This document shows, piece by piece, positions 39,788 through 50,619 of a stretch of 64,000 nt of DNA. Source of the DNA: an uncultured delta proteobacterium (GTDB lineage: Bacteria > Desulfobacterota > Syntrophia > Syntrophales > UBA5619); assembly GCA_963817385.1 (NCBI GenBank), contig CAWFOM010000001.1:128001-192000 (forward strand), read 5' to 3'. The translations under genes were made by a program, and so were the position numbers. Under the pieces are notes generated by a model. That model did no database searches and was not told the origin of the DNA. It worked only from the letters and a program-made list of their open reading frames with translations. Each line of letters starts with the position of its first letter. Within the stretch, counting starts at the first letter, position 1.

Positions 39788-40673
39788 ATGACTCCTCGAG
39801 CTGGTTGATGGAGGTCTTCAAAAGGTTGACCATCGGGGTAACCGCCTGCACCATTTCGCTATTCGACTGAAACAGCAGGGACGATTGTTCCATGGCCGCA
39901 TGGGCATTCAGGAGGGCGTTGCGGATGTCCGCGATGCCCTCCTGAATGCGGGCCGTCGCGTCACGGGTGTTTTGAGCCAGACGGGCCATTTCTTCCACGA
40001 CGACCGCGAATGCTCGTCCGTGCTCCCCTGCCCGAACCGCCTCAACGGAACCGTTGAGGCTGAGGATATAGGTCTGCTGGGCGATCTGGCGGATCGTCCC
40101 GAGGATCTTTTCGGTTTTCTCCACCTTGTCCGCTGCGTCTTTCGATGTCTCCCGCGTGCGGTCGTTGACGCCCTGAAACGTTTCGCCGGCCTTGGCAATC
40201 TTCTTGTTTAACGTGTCGAGATTGGCGGATACTTCGCGGGCCGTTTTCTGGAGGAGCTCCTGCTGTTGGAGCTGGGCGATCCACGAGGCCAGAATGATCG
40301 CCCCCAACCGGGCCACGGGCCTTGCAACCGCCAGACTCGCCGCGACGCCGAAGGTACCGACGCGGCGTCCTTCAATATAGATGGGGGTGTTGAATCCCTC
40401 CTTCACATTGACGTTTTGCGCTGCCTCCTCGGCCGTCACCGCATAATCATCCACGTCACCCCGGAGAATCATCTGCGAACCGGGGTGTTCCTTGCCGACG
40501 CGGGTCCTGTCATGAGCGACGGCGATGATGCCCCGGTCGTTGCAGACGATGGTCGCAAATCCCGCTTCCCGATGGAAAAACCGCACAAACCTCTCCGCCA
40601 TCTTCCAGAACTGATCCGACAGATTGGCGTTGGACTCAACTAATGATTGTACCATGTTGATGGATTTCATCAT
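39768..40673 (-). CDS. soluble chemoreceptor: sugar-diacid-recognition-like sensor + MCP signalling domain
   Basis: RVGKEHPG..GFNTPI..VGTFGV; IAQQTYILSLNGSVEAVRAGEHGRAFAVVVEEM. Confidence 0.75.
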   Translation of the reverse strand: MMKSINMVQSLVESNANLSDQFWKMAERFVRFFHREAGFATIVCNDRGIIAVAHDRTRVGKEHPGSQMILRGDVDDYAVTAEEAAQNVNVKEGFNTPIYIEGRRVGTFGVAASLAVARPVARLGAIILASWIAQLQQQELLQKTAREVSANLDTLNKKIAKAGETFQGVNDRTRETSKDAADKVEKTEKILGTIRQIAQQTYILSLNGSVEAVRAGEHGRAFAVVVEEMARLAQNTRDATARIQEGIADIRNALLNAHAAMEQSSLLFQSNSEMVQAVTPMVNLLKTSINQLEESFKDTMA

Positions 40674-40904
40674 GCCACCTCAAAGAACAAAGGAAAATCT
40701 GCTCGCCCGGACGGCAAGATTCCGGACAAGCACCATGAGGAAACCAAGAGCCGCTTCCGCCGGGGAAAACCGCCGCAAATGACGGTACCATATAGACACC
40801 TGCCCCCGAATGTCAACCGGTATTTGCGTTGGATAAGACAATAAATTGCTATGGAAACCCGGTGGACGGGGGGCACGCTGTGCGAAGTGGAGGTGCGGGA
40901 AAAG

Positions 40905-42194
40905 TCAGTACTTTTGCAGGGCGAGCACCGCGGCCCCCGCGGCGCCGATCAGCCCGATCACGGCCAGGACGAGGAGCCCGGCGAGGTAGGACCCGGTGGC
41001 GGCGATCAGGAAACCGACGACGGCCGGCGCCATCGCCGCGCCGAAGTTGGCCAGCCCGTTGTCGATGCCGATCCCCGTGGCCATGATGGGGCCGGGCACG
41101 ATGCGCTGCATGATGGCGTAGTAGACCGGCGAGCCGATTCCCCACATGATCATCCCCGCCACCATGAGTAACGCGCTGACGACGGGCCCGGGCACCAAGG
41201 CCGCGATCCCGATGGAGACGGAGGCGCCCGCCAGGCTCAGCGTGCAGAGCGCGGCGCGATGGCCGATCCGGTCCGACAGGAAGCCGAACACCAGTGACGC
41301 CAGGAAGGAGCCGAGGTACGGAACCGAGGTGAAGATCACCATCCGGCCCACATCGAAGCCCCGCTCGTCTATCAGGTATTTGGGCAGCCAGGTGATCAGC
41401 CCCGAGTAGGTGGCCAGCACCGCGAAGTGATAGGTCACCATCAGCCAGAAGCGGTAGTTGTGCAGCAGGCCCGACAGGTCTCCCTCCCCTCCCGCCTTGC
41501 CTGCCGTCTCGGCCGCCCGGCCCTCCGTTATGTATGCACGCTCCCGCTCCCCGACCCCAGCCATCTTCTCCGGCGCATCGGCCGTCAAAAACCAGACGGC
41601 GGGGACGGCCAGAAGCAGGATGAAGCCCGCCTGGAGGAACAGCGCGGAGCGCCACCCCCACATCCCGATCGCCAGGGTCAAGAGCGGCATGGCCAGAGTC
41701 ATCCCCACCCGCTGCCCGCTGGTCCAGATGGCATTGGCGCCTCCCCGTTCCGAGGGCGGAAACCAGTAGCGGATGTAGCGGTTCGCCACCGGGAAGAGCG
41801 GGCCCTCGGCGGTCCCCCGCACCACCCGTCCGACCAGCATCAGGGAGTAGGAACCGACGGCGCCCATCCAGATCGCCGCAACCGACCAGAGGCCGGTCAT
41901 GAGAGTCAGGACCTTCCTCGATCCCCAGCGATCGGCGGCGGGACCGAGGAGGATATTGGCAAGCGCATAGGGCAAAAGGAGAAAGGTCATCAAGAGCCCC
42001 TGCCGTGCGGGGCTCCCTTCCAGGCCCATGTCCCGCAGGAAACCGTGGTCGGCCATCAGGAGGGAAATCGCCGCCCGGTCGAAGCCCCCAAGGAGGAAGG
42101 TCATCCAGATCACGGCGACGACCAGGTAGCGGTACCGGCCCACACGGGTCCCGGCGGCGCCTGCCGGCCGCGATTCTCCTGCTTGAGTTTTCAT
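40905..42194 (-). CDS. MFS transporter
   Basis: DRAAIS, ADRWGSRK, WFPPSERG, GFLSDRIG; about 12 TM helices. Confidence 0.9.
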   Translation of the reverse strand: MKTQAGESRPAGAAGTRVGRYRYLVVAVIWMTFLLGGFDRAAISLLMADHGFLRDMGLEGSPARQGLLMTFLLLPYALANILLGPAADRWGSRKVLTLMTGLWSVAAIWMGAVGSYSLMLVGRVVRGTAEGPLFPVANRYIRYWFPPSERGGANAIWTSGQRVGMTLAMPLLTLAIGMWGWRSALFLQAGFILLLAVPAVWFLTADAPEKMAGVGERERAYITEGRAAETAGKAGGEGDLSGLLHNYRFWLMVTYHFAVLATYSGLITWLPKYLIDERGFDVGRMVIFTSVPYLGSFLASLVFGFLSDRIGHRAALCTLSLAGASVSIGIAALVPGPVVSALLMVAGMIMWGIGSPVYYAIMQRIVPGPIMATGIGIDNGLANFGAAMAPAVVGFLIAATGSYLAGLLVLAVIGLIGAAGAAVLALQKY

Positions 42195-42279
42195 CTGCGA
42201 CCCACGCTCATCACGCGTCACCCCACCGCGCCGATCAGGGGAACAAGGAGAGAGAATCCTTCCGAAGGAAGGCGAGCTT

Positions 42280-43731
42280 TCAGCATGCGCACCCCGCCGC
42301 GACCGGCGGGCGTCGTCGCGCGACCTCTGTTTCCTTCTCGAAGGCGTGCGCGAGTTGAAGCACGCCGAAGTCATCCCGATACCGGCCGACGATCTGCAGC
42401 CCGACGGGCAGGGCGGGTATATCGTCCGTGAATCCCGCCGGCACCGAGATCGCCGGGTGGCTGGTGACCGTGATGTAGTAGCAGGTCTTCATCCAGTCGA
42501 TGTAGTTGCCGAGCTTTACGCCGTTGATCGTGTCGACGTAGGGCTGCGTCACCGGGAAGGGCGCCACCTGGTTCACCGGCAGGAGCAGGTAGTCGTACCG
42601 CTCCATGAACTCGCGCATGCGCCGGTAGAGGTCCGACCGGAGCGCCATCGCGCGGGCGATCCGCGGCCCGTCGAGCTTGAGGCCCTCCTCGATGTTCCAG
42701 ATCACCGTCTCCTTGATCTGCCCGCGGTGCTTCCCGAGGAGCTCCGCGTACTTCTGGACGAAACCAACGGCGCGCAGCACGTGGAACACCTCGTCCGCAC
42801 CGGAGAGGTCCGGTTCGGCTTCCTCGACGATACAGCCGAGCGCAGCGAACACCCCGCGGCGCGCTTCGAGCACCTCCGTGACGCGCTTCTCCACGGGGAG
42901 CCCGCCGAGGCTCTTCGACCAGGCGATGCGCACGTTCCTGAAATCCCTGGCGAGCGGCCGGGCAAAGAGTCTTCCAGGTTCGGTGATACTGATCGGCGAG
43001 CGCGGGTCGGGGCCCGCCATCGCGGAGAAGAGGAAGGCCGCGTCCTCAACCGAGCGCGCCAGCGGGCCGATCACCGAGAGGCTCGCCCAGGCGTCGACGG
43101 CCGGATAATACGGCACGCGTCCCGGAGTCGGGCGGAAGCCCACCACGTTGCAAAAGTTACCCGGGTTTCGGAGGCTTGCGCCGAGGTCCGATCCGTCGGC
43201 GAAGGGAAGCATGCCGCAGGCGACCGCGACCGCAGCACCGCCCGAAGAGCCGCCGCAGGTCTTGTTGAGGTCATAGGGATTGAGCGTCGCGCCGAACACG
43301 CTGTTGAAGGTTTGGCTCCCCGCGGCAAACTCGGGGGTGTTGGTCTTGCCGATGGTGATCGCGCCGGCGGCCGTGAGCCGCTCGACCAGTACGTGGTCCT
43401 CGGCGGGAACATGGTCGGCGTAGATCGGCGATCCGTAGGTGGTGCGGATCCCTTTCGTCGGGACGATGTCCTTGTAGGCGATCGGCAGCCCCGCCAATGG
43501 TCCTGATGCGGGCCCCTCCCCGTCGGCTCCCTTCGGACGGGCGAGACACGCGTCAAGCTTCTCCGCCGCCTTGAGCGCCTGCTCGGGAAGGAACGTGACG
43601 ATGGCGTTCACCTTGGGGTTGAGGCGCCCGATCTGCGCGATGTGCGCGCGCATCACCTCGGCGGCCGAGATCTTGCGGGTGCGGATGAGGCGCGCGAGCT
43701 TGCGTGCGGACTGAAAGACGATATCGTTCAT
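42280..43731 (-). CDS. amidase signature family enzyme
   Basis: YKD, GKTNTPEF, GGSSGG, GSDLGASLRNP. Confidence 0.92.
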   Translation of the reverse strand: MNDIVFQSARKLARLIRTRKISAAEVMRAHIAQIGRLNPKVNAIVTFLPEQALKAAEKLDACLARPKGADGEGPASGPLAGLPIAYKDIVPTKGIRTTYGSPIYADHVPAEDHVLVERLTAAGAITIGKTNTPEFAAGSQTFNSVFGATLNPYDLNKTCGGSSGGAAVAVACGMLPFADGSDLGASLRNPGNFCNVVGFRPTPGRVPYYPAVDAWASLSVIGPLARSVEDAAFLFSAMAGPDPRSPISITEPGRLFARPLARDFRNVRIAWSKSLGGLPVEKRVTEVLEARRGVFAALGCIVEEAEPDLSGADEVFHVLRAVGFVQKYAELLGKHRGQIKETVIWNIEEGLKLDGPRIARAMALRSDLYRRMREFMERYDYLLLPVNQVAPFPVTQPYVDTINGVKLGNYIDWMKTCYYITVTSHPAISVPAGFTDDIPALPVGLQIVGRYRDDFGVLQLAHAFEKETEVARRRPPVAAGCAC

Positions 43732-43924
43732 AGCTACCTCCGATCAGGATTATACCGAATATCTCCCGGACCTGGCTACTTATTTCTGCCGTGAATTTTT
43801 CCCGATGTGCGGAGGTGTTCTCGTTATTGACTCACCGGGGTCGCACAGGGTACACTACGAACTCACAAGCGCGATTCTTATCGAAATAGGAGGTTCATTA
43901 CAGCCATGAAAAGAATGGAGACGC

Positions 43925-45202
43925 ATGGCAAACGCGAATGAAGGCCCCGGCGGAGGGACGACAGCCAGGGAATCGCTGGCCTGCTGGCTCGGCATCAACA
44001 GCGCCACGGTCGGCGTTCTGGTGGTCGTCGGGGGCCTGGGTTTTGCGGAAGAGATATGGCGAAACTTCCTGGCTATCCATCTCAAGGATACCGTCACCGG
44101 CGTCAATGAGGCCTCCCGGGTTTTGGAAGCCGCCAAGTACATGGGGCTCTTTGCCTTCTGCGCCAATCTGTTCGAGGGATTCGGATACATGATCGGCGGC
44201 AGGGTGGCCCACCGCCTGGGGGCGCGCTCGGCGTTGATCGTTTCGGCGGTCCCGATGCTCCTGGGTTTCATCCTCCTGCTCGTGATCCGCCATCCCCTGG
44301 CCATCGTCTTCAGCGCGCTTCTAATCAGCAACTGGGAACCCCTCTCCGTGCCTGCCACCTTCGCCGTGGTGGGCTGCGAGGTTCCCAAAAACCGCCGGGC
44401 GATCGCCTTTGCCGTCCAGAGCATCTCGAAACGATTGCCGAAGATCCTGGGCCCGCTGGTGGGGGGCGTGGCCATGGCGGTGGGATTCTGGCTGAACCTC
44501 TCCATGGCCTTCGGTTTTGTCGTGGTTGCCTGCCTGATCCAGTTCTTCCTGCTGGCGCGCATGCGTCCCATGAATGATGCGGCGCCCATTCCCATCCGGC
44601 AGGTGCTGGCCAGGATTCCCCGGGATTTGAAACTCCTGCTCTCCGCGGAAATTTTTCTGCGCTGGGGCGACTGGTTCGTCCGGGACTTTGCCGTTCTTTA
44701 CGTCGTGGGGGTTTTGGGGCGGAGCAATCAGGAAGCGGGTGTCCTGCTTGCCCTCACCAGCTTCACGGCGCTTCTGACCTACATCCCCGTAGGCAAGATG
44801 GTGGACCGCTCCCCCAGTCCCAAGCCGTTCATAACCCTGACCTTCTTTCTTTTTGCGCTGTTTCCGATCAACCTGGTCGTGCTGCCCCGTCTCCTGCCGT
44901 CTCTCGGAGTGCCGCTGTCGCTGGCCCTCAGCCTGGTATTCGTTCTGAACGGCCTGCGTGAAATCGGTGAGCCTGCCCGAAAATCCCTTATCGTCGCCGG
45001 GTTCCCCGCTGAAATCAGGGCGCGGGGGGTTGGGTTATACTGGGGATTGCGTTCCCTGGCCTTTTGTCCCGCGCCCCTTCTCTCCTATTTTTTGTGGAGT
45101 TCCCTGGGGCCTGAGGCCACCTTCCTGATCGGCGGCGCCCTCGGGATGCTCGGCACCGCCTGGTTCGCTTTCCGGGTTACCTGCAAATCCGAAGGGGTTT
45201 AA
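43925..45202 (+). CDS. MFS transporter
   Basis: Multiple TM helices, GGRVAHRLG, GKMVDR. Confidence 0.8.
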   Translation: MANANEGPGGGTTARESLACWLGINSATVGVLVVVGGLGFAEEIWRNFLAIHLKDTVTGVNEASRVLEAAKYMGLFAFCANLFEGFGYMIGGRVAHRLGARSALIVSAVPMLLGFILLLVIRHPLAIVFSALLISNWEPLSVPATFAVVGCEVPKNRRAIAFAVQSISKRLPKILGPLVGGVAMAVGFWLNLSMAFGFVVVACLIQFFLLARMRPMNDAAPIPIRQVLARIPRDLKLLLSAEIFLRWGDWFVRDFAVLYVVGVLGRSNQEAGVLLALTSFTALLTYIPVGKMVDRSPSPKPFITLTFFLFALFPINLVVLPRLLPSLGVPLSLALSLVFVLNGLREIGEPARKSLIVAGFPAEIRARGVGLYWGLRSLAFCPAPLLSYFLWSSLGPEATFLIGGALGMLGTAWFAFRVTCKSEGV

Positions 45203-45278
45203 TGGCCGATGCACCGATTCGATCCGGCAGGGTATCGAAAAATGCACTTCTGCGGCGTCTAGCTCCGGGCCTCATCGC

Positions 45279-45749
45279 TCAACGTATTTCCGGGATCTTG
45301 TTCTTCAACCGTCTCATCAAAAAGCTGTCCAGTTGGTTGACAAAAGCCTGGCAGTCCTTTTTACTGAACAGCGATGGACCGCCCGTCATCATGCCGCCGT
45401 CCCGGAGCTCGCTCAGCAGGTCGCGCATGGCCAGCCTGTCTTTGATGTTGCCCTCCGTATAGAGCTTGCCTCTCGGGTTGAGCGCAAAGGCGCCCTTCGC
45501 AACGACCCGGTCTGCAAGCGGGATGTCCGCGGTGATCACCAAGTCGCCGGGCTCTGCCATCTCAACGATGCGATCATCGGCCACATCGGGTCCTTCCGGA
45601 ACGATGATGCTTGAAATGACGGCCGACGGTTCATATCTCACCTTTTTGTTGGCCACAAATACCAGGGGGACCTGCAGGCGTAGTGCGGCCCTGATCACGA
45701 GATCCTTGGCCGCAGTCGGAAACCCGTCCGCATCGACATATATCCGCAT
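45279..45749 (-). CDS. YaiI/YqxD (DUF188) family protein
   Basis: IYVDADG, GPDVADD, VITADIPLA, NPRG. Confidence 0.85.
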   Translation of the reverse strand: MRIYVDADGFPTAAKDLVIRAALRLQVPLVFVANKKVRYEPSAVISSIIVPEGPDVADDRIVEMAEPGDLVITADIPLADRVVAKGAFALNPRGKLYTEGNIKDRLAMRDLLSELRDGGMMTGGPSLFSKKDCQAFVNQLDSFLMRRLKNKIPEIR

Positions 45750-45760
45750 TTGCGACCTTC

Positions 45761-45958
45761 TCAGGCATCCAAAATCTCTTTGACCCTGCCCACGATGCCG
45801 CTTTGCAGGCGCACCTTGATGCCATGGGGGTGGCTGGCTGATTTCGTGAGGATATCCCGGACGATGCCTTCAGTCAGCTTGCCGCTGGACTGATCCTCCT
45901 TCCGGACGACCTTCACCTGCACACCGGGTCTTAGCTCGGATCGATTCGTTCCATTCAT
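45761..45958 (-). CDS. YwbE (DUF2196) family protein
   Basis: KEDQSSGKLTEGIVRDILTKSASHPHGIKVRL..GRV. Confidence 0.8.
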   Translation of the reverse strand: MNGTNRSELRPGVQVKVVRKEDQSSGKLTEGIVRDILTKSASHPHGIKVRLQSGIVGRVKEILDA

Positions 45959-45987
45959 GGGCCATGGGCAGTCCGCCGACCCTCCTT

Positions 45988-46149
45988 TCACCTCCGCGCC
46001 AGGGCAAGCCGAATGCCGAAGGCGGTGACGATGGCCGGCCTTCTCCCTCGGGTGATCCCCTGGGTCACGACGAAGATGTTGTCGGGACCGGGCGCTATCG
46101 TAAGGGCGACGGAGGCGCCGAGAAAGGTCAGCAGCGTGGAGAGCGTCAT
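45988..46149 (-). pseudogene. LysE-family translocator with large in-frame internal deletion (53 aa)
   Basis: MTLSTLLTFLGASVALTIAPGPDNIFVVTQGITRGRRPAIVTA joined to a C-terminal-like FGIRLALARR*. Confidence 0.7.
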
Positions 46150-46180
46150 TGCGAGATCCTTTTTTTGCGGCCAAACGGTC

Positions 46181-47296
46181 TCAGGAAACGGCCAGATGCT
46201 TGTGCATGTTTCCGACGATCTCGGTGGCCTCCTTCATGATCCGGTCAATCAGTTCCTGAACCTTGGGCAGATCGTCCACCCGTTGCGCGCATTCGCCTCC
46301 CGCCATCAGCGCATTTTCCCGGTCGCCCATGCAGACGGCCTTGATGCCGAGTCTCTCATATTCGATCAATTCCATCGGGACGGTGCTCCAATCATCCGGA
46401 ACGCCGGTAAACACACCGGGAGATTTGACGACGGAATTGTGGAGATGGATGACGCTGGAGGGGGTTTTCAGCCACCGCGCAGGCCCGACAATGCCGCGGG
46501 CGACCAGGGTCCCCCGGTCCCCTGTCTTTACGACCTGTTCCTTCCACAGGGGATGGAAGTCGCTCTCCTGGGTCGCCAGGAGTCTTGTCCCCATCTGCAC
46601 CCCGGCTGCTCCCATCGCGATGGCCGCCGCCAGGGTCTTGCCGTCGCAGAATCCGCCCGCCCCCACCACGGGGAAACTCGGATCTGCGATGGCATCGATC
46701 ACGGCAGGCAGCAATACCATCGAGTGGACCGGTTCCCAGGCAATGTGGAAACCGCCCTCATGGCCGGAAGCGACGATGCAGTCCACCCCCGCTTTCTTGC
46801 ATCTGAGGGCGCCTTTTACCGACGGTACGACGTGCAACCAGGTAAATCCGGCTGATTTGATCTTATCGCGCCAGGGGACGGGATCGCCGGCCGAGGTGAA
46901 GAGAACCTTGAAATGCTCCTTCATCGCGGGGTTCGCCTCACGGACGCGGATCGCCGTATCGATCAGGATCTGCGCTTGGTCGAGCAGTTCCGTCGACACC
47001 ATCACGTTAATTCCGAAGATGCCGCCCCGGTCTTTCGTGAGTCGCCAGGTCCTCTTCAGGATCTTTTCGAGCACCAGGGCCATATTGTCCTCCATCGACG
47101 CCTCGCCGCTCTCCACAAACGCCTTGTATATCCAGGGTTGCCCTTCCTTGTCCAAAAGTCCGCTGGTGGAAAGCAGACCGAGCACCCCTGCATTGGCCGC
47201 GGCGACGCAGAGGTTATTGTTACTGAACGGACCCATGCCCGCCTGGATGATGGGATGTTTGATCCCGAGCAGTTCGGTAAGTCTGGTTTTCAGCAT
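46181..47296 (-). CDS. nitronate monooxygenase/FabK-like flavoprotein
   Basis: PIIQAGMG, GHEGGFH, GAGGFCDG, GVQMGTR. Confidence 0.85.
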   Translation of the reverse strand: MLKTRLTELLGIKHPIIQAGMGPFSNNNLCVAAANAGVLGLLSTSGLLDKEGQPWIYKAFVESGEASMEDNMALVLEKILKRTWRLTKDRGGIFGINVMVSTELLDQAQILIDTAIRVREANPAMKEHFKVLFTSAGDPVPWRDKIKSAGFTWLHVVPSVKGALRCKKAGVDCIVASGHEGGFHIAWEPVHSMVLLPAVIDAIADPSFPVVGAGGFCDGKTLAAAIAMGAAGVQMGTRLLATQESDFHPLWKEQVVKTGDRGTLVARGIVGPARWLKTPSSVIHLHNSVVKSPGVFTGVPDDWSTVPMELIEYERLGIKAVCMGDRENALMAGGECAQRVDDLPKVQELIDRIMKEATEIVGNMHKHLAVS

Positions 47297-47469
47297 TTTC
47301 GTCCCCCCTTCGATTCGTGAATCCGGCAGCGCTGCCAACCCCGCAACACGCCCCGGAATAATAAATGCGTCATGATACCGTCCCGCGAGGATCCCATCTT
47401 CTCCGCAACAGGCCACGGGACGTTCATTGCCCCGGTTTTTGCATATCCCGGCGATTACGCGCCGCTCCT

Positions 47470-49549
47470 TTAGGTGAACGTCCTCCCTTCAGCGGCGAGC
47501 TTTGCCAGAAGCGGCGCAGGCTTCCAGAACTCGCCGTGGCGGCCTTTCGCGTATTTCTCCATCGCCGCGACCACGTTGGGGAGGCCGACGGTGTCGGCAT
47601 AAAACATGGGACCGCCGCGGTGCAATGGGAAGCCGTACCCCGTGATATAGATGATGTCGATGTCCGACGCGCGCTGCGCGATTCCCTCCGCGAGGATGTA
47701 GGCGGCCTCATTCACCAGGGCGTATACCAGGCGCTCGACGATCTCCGTATCGTCGATCACGCGCCGCTCCACGCCGATCGCCTTCGAGTGGTTGACGATC
47801 ATGGCGTTGACGATTTCGGACGGATAGGCCTTGCGGTCGCCCGGCTTGTAGTCGTACCAGCCGGCGCCGGTCTTCTGGCCGAAACGGCCCATCTCACAGA
47901 GCAGATCCGCGGTCTTGGAGTAGATCACGTCCGGGCGCTCCGCATAGCGGCGTTTGCGGATATACCAGCCGACGTCGTTTCCGGCGAGATCGCCCATCCG
48001 GAAGGGGCCCATGGCGAACCCGAAAACCTCCATCGCTTTGTCCATCTGCTCCGGTAGGCACCCTTCATCGAGGAGGAAACCGGCCTGCCGCCCGTATTGC
48101 TCGATCATGCGGTTCCCGATGAAGCCGTCGCACACCCCTGACACCACGCCGATCTTCCTGATCTTCTTGGCGAGTGCCATGATCGTGGCGAGCACGTCCT
48201 TGGCGGTCTTTTCGCCGCGCACGATCTCCAGAAGCCTCATGATGTTGGCCGGGCTGAAGAAGTGCGTGCCGATCACGTCTTGCGGCCGCTTGGTGAAGCC
48301 CGCGATCTTGTTGACGTCGAGAGTGGAGGTGTTGGAGGCGAGGATCGCGCCGGACTTCATCACGAGGTCGAGCTTTCTGAACACCTTCTCCTTGATGCCC
48401 ATCTCCTCGAACACCGCCTCGATGACGATGTCGGCATTCTTGATATCGTCGTAGGACAAGGTGCCCCGGATGAGCCCCACGCGCTGATCGAATTTCTCCT
48501 GCGTGAGGCGCCCCTTCTTGAGGGAGCTCTCGTAATTTTTGCGGACCGTAGCCAGGCCCTTATCGAGCGCCTCCTGATTCACCTCCAGGACGACGACCGG
48601 AATCCCGGCGTTGGCGAAGTTCATGGCGATCCCGCCCCCCATGGTGCCGGCGCCGACGACCGCGGCCGTCTTGATCGGGCGCTTCGGCGTCTCTTCGGGC
48701 ACGTCGGGGATCTTGGCGGCCGCGCGCTCGCCGAAGAAATAGTGGCGCAGGGCCTTGCTTTCGGTGGTCTGGACGAGCATCGAGAAAATTTTCGCGCTCC
48801 ACCTTCATCCCCTCCTCGAAGGGCATGGTGACGGCGGCCTCCACGCAGTCGACGCATTTGAGCGGCGCCGGGAAGTTTTTCGACGCCCCAGCGACGGTGG
48901 CGCGCGCCGTCGTAAAGAAGGCCTCGCGGTCCGGAAGGTCGATCCCGATGTCGCGCACCTTCGGGAGCGGCCGCCGCTCGGCGATCTCCCCGGCGAAGGC
49001 CAGTGCCCCCGCCATCAGGTCGCCCTCGATCATCCGGTCGAAGAGCTTCGTGCCGGCGAGTTTCTCCGACGGTGTCGGATTGCCGGTAACGATCATGGTG
49101 AGGGCGGTTTCCACGCCGACCACGCGCGGCAGGCGCTGGGTGCCGCCCGCGCCCGGCAGGAGGCCGAGCTTCACCTCGGGAAGGGCGATCTGCGCGCCCG
49201 GCGACGCCACGCGGTAATGACAGCCCAGAGCGAGTTCCAGGCCGCCGCCCATGGCCACCGAGTGGATCGCGGCCACCACCGGTTTTTCGGCGGCCTCGAT
49301 CGCCGCGATGACCGTAAGCAGGTTCGGCTCGGCGAAGGTCTTGGGCGTGTTGAATTCCTTGATGTCGGCGCCGCCGGAGAAGGCCTTGCCCGCGCCGGTG
49401 ATCACAACCGCCTTGACGGCGCCGTCGGCGAGCGCTTTTTTCAGCCCGTCGAAGATGCCGCTGCGGGTCGCATGTCCGAGGCCGTTGACCGGCGGGTTGT
49501 TCATGGTGATGACCGCGATGACGCCCTTGACTTCATAGTCTGCGCTCAT
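47470..49549 (-). CDS. enoyl-CoA hydratase / 3-hydroxyacyl-CoA dehydrogenase bifunctional (one +1 frameshift near 48783)
   Basis: FSGGADI, GGGLELAL, PEVKLGLLPGAGGTQR; GAGTMGGG, SNTS, HFFSPA, GFIGNR. Confidence 0.9.
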
Positions 49550-49688
49550 AGGACCTCCTGGCAAAAATGGTTGATGTGCCGAAGTTGGAAGGATCTTTTC
49601 GTGTACGCCGGGAAACTGTAAGAAGAACGGCCCCGGATGTCAATAAGTATTTGCCGCCCTGTCAGACCGGACTGAGTATACCGAGACC

Positions 49689-49850
49689 CTAACGTATCTC
49701 ATGCATGTGGTCGATGTGAAATCGCACATGAAACTGCCCCAAGCCCCCGATCATGCCTTCCAGTGCCGGATATTCCCCTAACGGCGAGTCTTTGAGCGTG
49801 GGAATATACGCCTTCCGGTCGAGCTGTTCCCCGGACAAGCCTGCCGCAAA
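49689..49850 (-). pseudogene. orphan C-terminal fragment of DinB-like protein
   Basis: [35 protein letters not shown]; no start of its own. Confidence 0.4.
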
Positions 49851-49858
49851 CCAGAGCT

Positions 49859-50557
49859 TCAATCGGCAAGCCCAAGAAAACGCATCGCCATTTCCGGCCC
49901 TTTGGCCTCTTCCTCGTGTTTGAAAAAAACGAACGCCCGCTTCCATTTTTGCGAAAGGATCCGTTCCCTCCATCGTGACAGATCGGCATCCGTATAATCG
50001 GAACGGCGCAGGCGCAGGTACCCCCATGATGCCGTCGAGATGATCTCACTTGCCGGATTCTCATCGGTATCGGCGATGCACAGGCTGCATCCCCGTTCCC
50101 GGAGGAGATCCAGAATTTCACCGTCGAGCCAGGAGGGGCTGCGGAACTCGAATGCGCAGGCAGCCTTGCCGGGAATCAGCCCGAGAAAATATTTCAGCGC
50201 CGGGAGGTCCGCATGAAAACTCTTGGGAAACTGAAAAAGGACCGGCCCCAGTTTCCGCTCCAGAACCGACAGCGTGCTGAAGAGGTACTCGGTCTCCTCG
50301 TCCACATTTCTCAACCGCTTCAGATGCGTTATGACCTGAGGCGCCTTGAGTGCGAAAACAAAATCATCGGGGACCTGCTCCGCCCAGGAGTGAAGGACGC
50401 TCGCGGTGGGCATGTGATAAAAGGTATTATTGATCTCCACCGCGTCGAGGCGCTCCGCATAGAAGCGAAGCATCTCCTCGGGCGGGATCTTTTCGGGATA
50501 GAATTTTCCTTTCCATTCCTTGTGTCCGAACCCGCTCGTACCGACATGGATTTTCAT
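49859..50557 (-). CDS. DUF72 (YecE-like) protein
   Basis: [34 protein letters not shown]. Confidence 0.88.
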   Translation of the reverse strand: MKIHVGTSGFGHKEWKGKFYPEKIPPEEMLRFYAERLDAVEINNTFYHMPTASVLHSWAEQVPDDFVFALKAPQVITHLKRLRNVDEETEYLFSTLSVLERKLGPVLFQFPKSFHADLPALKYFLGLIPGKAACAFEFRSPSWLDGEILDLLRERGCSLCIADTDENPASEIISTASWGYLRLRRSDYTDADLSRWRERILSQKWKRAFVFFKHEEEAKGPEMAMRFLGLAD

Positions 50558-50619
50558 ATCGTCGCTCCTTCAGGGCCGCTGTACAGTATCAGCGGCAAAG
50601 GCGTCGATGAATCAGTCGC

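Noticed and set aside
45232..45262. Possible fifth copy of the repeat (TCGAAAAATGCACTTCTGCGGCGT)
   Set aside because: Too short and degenerate to support
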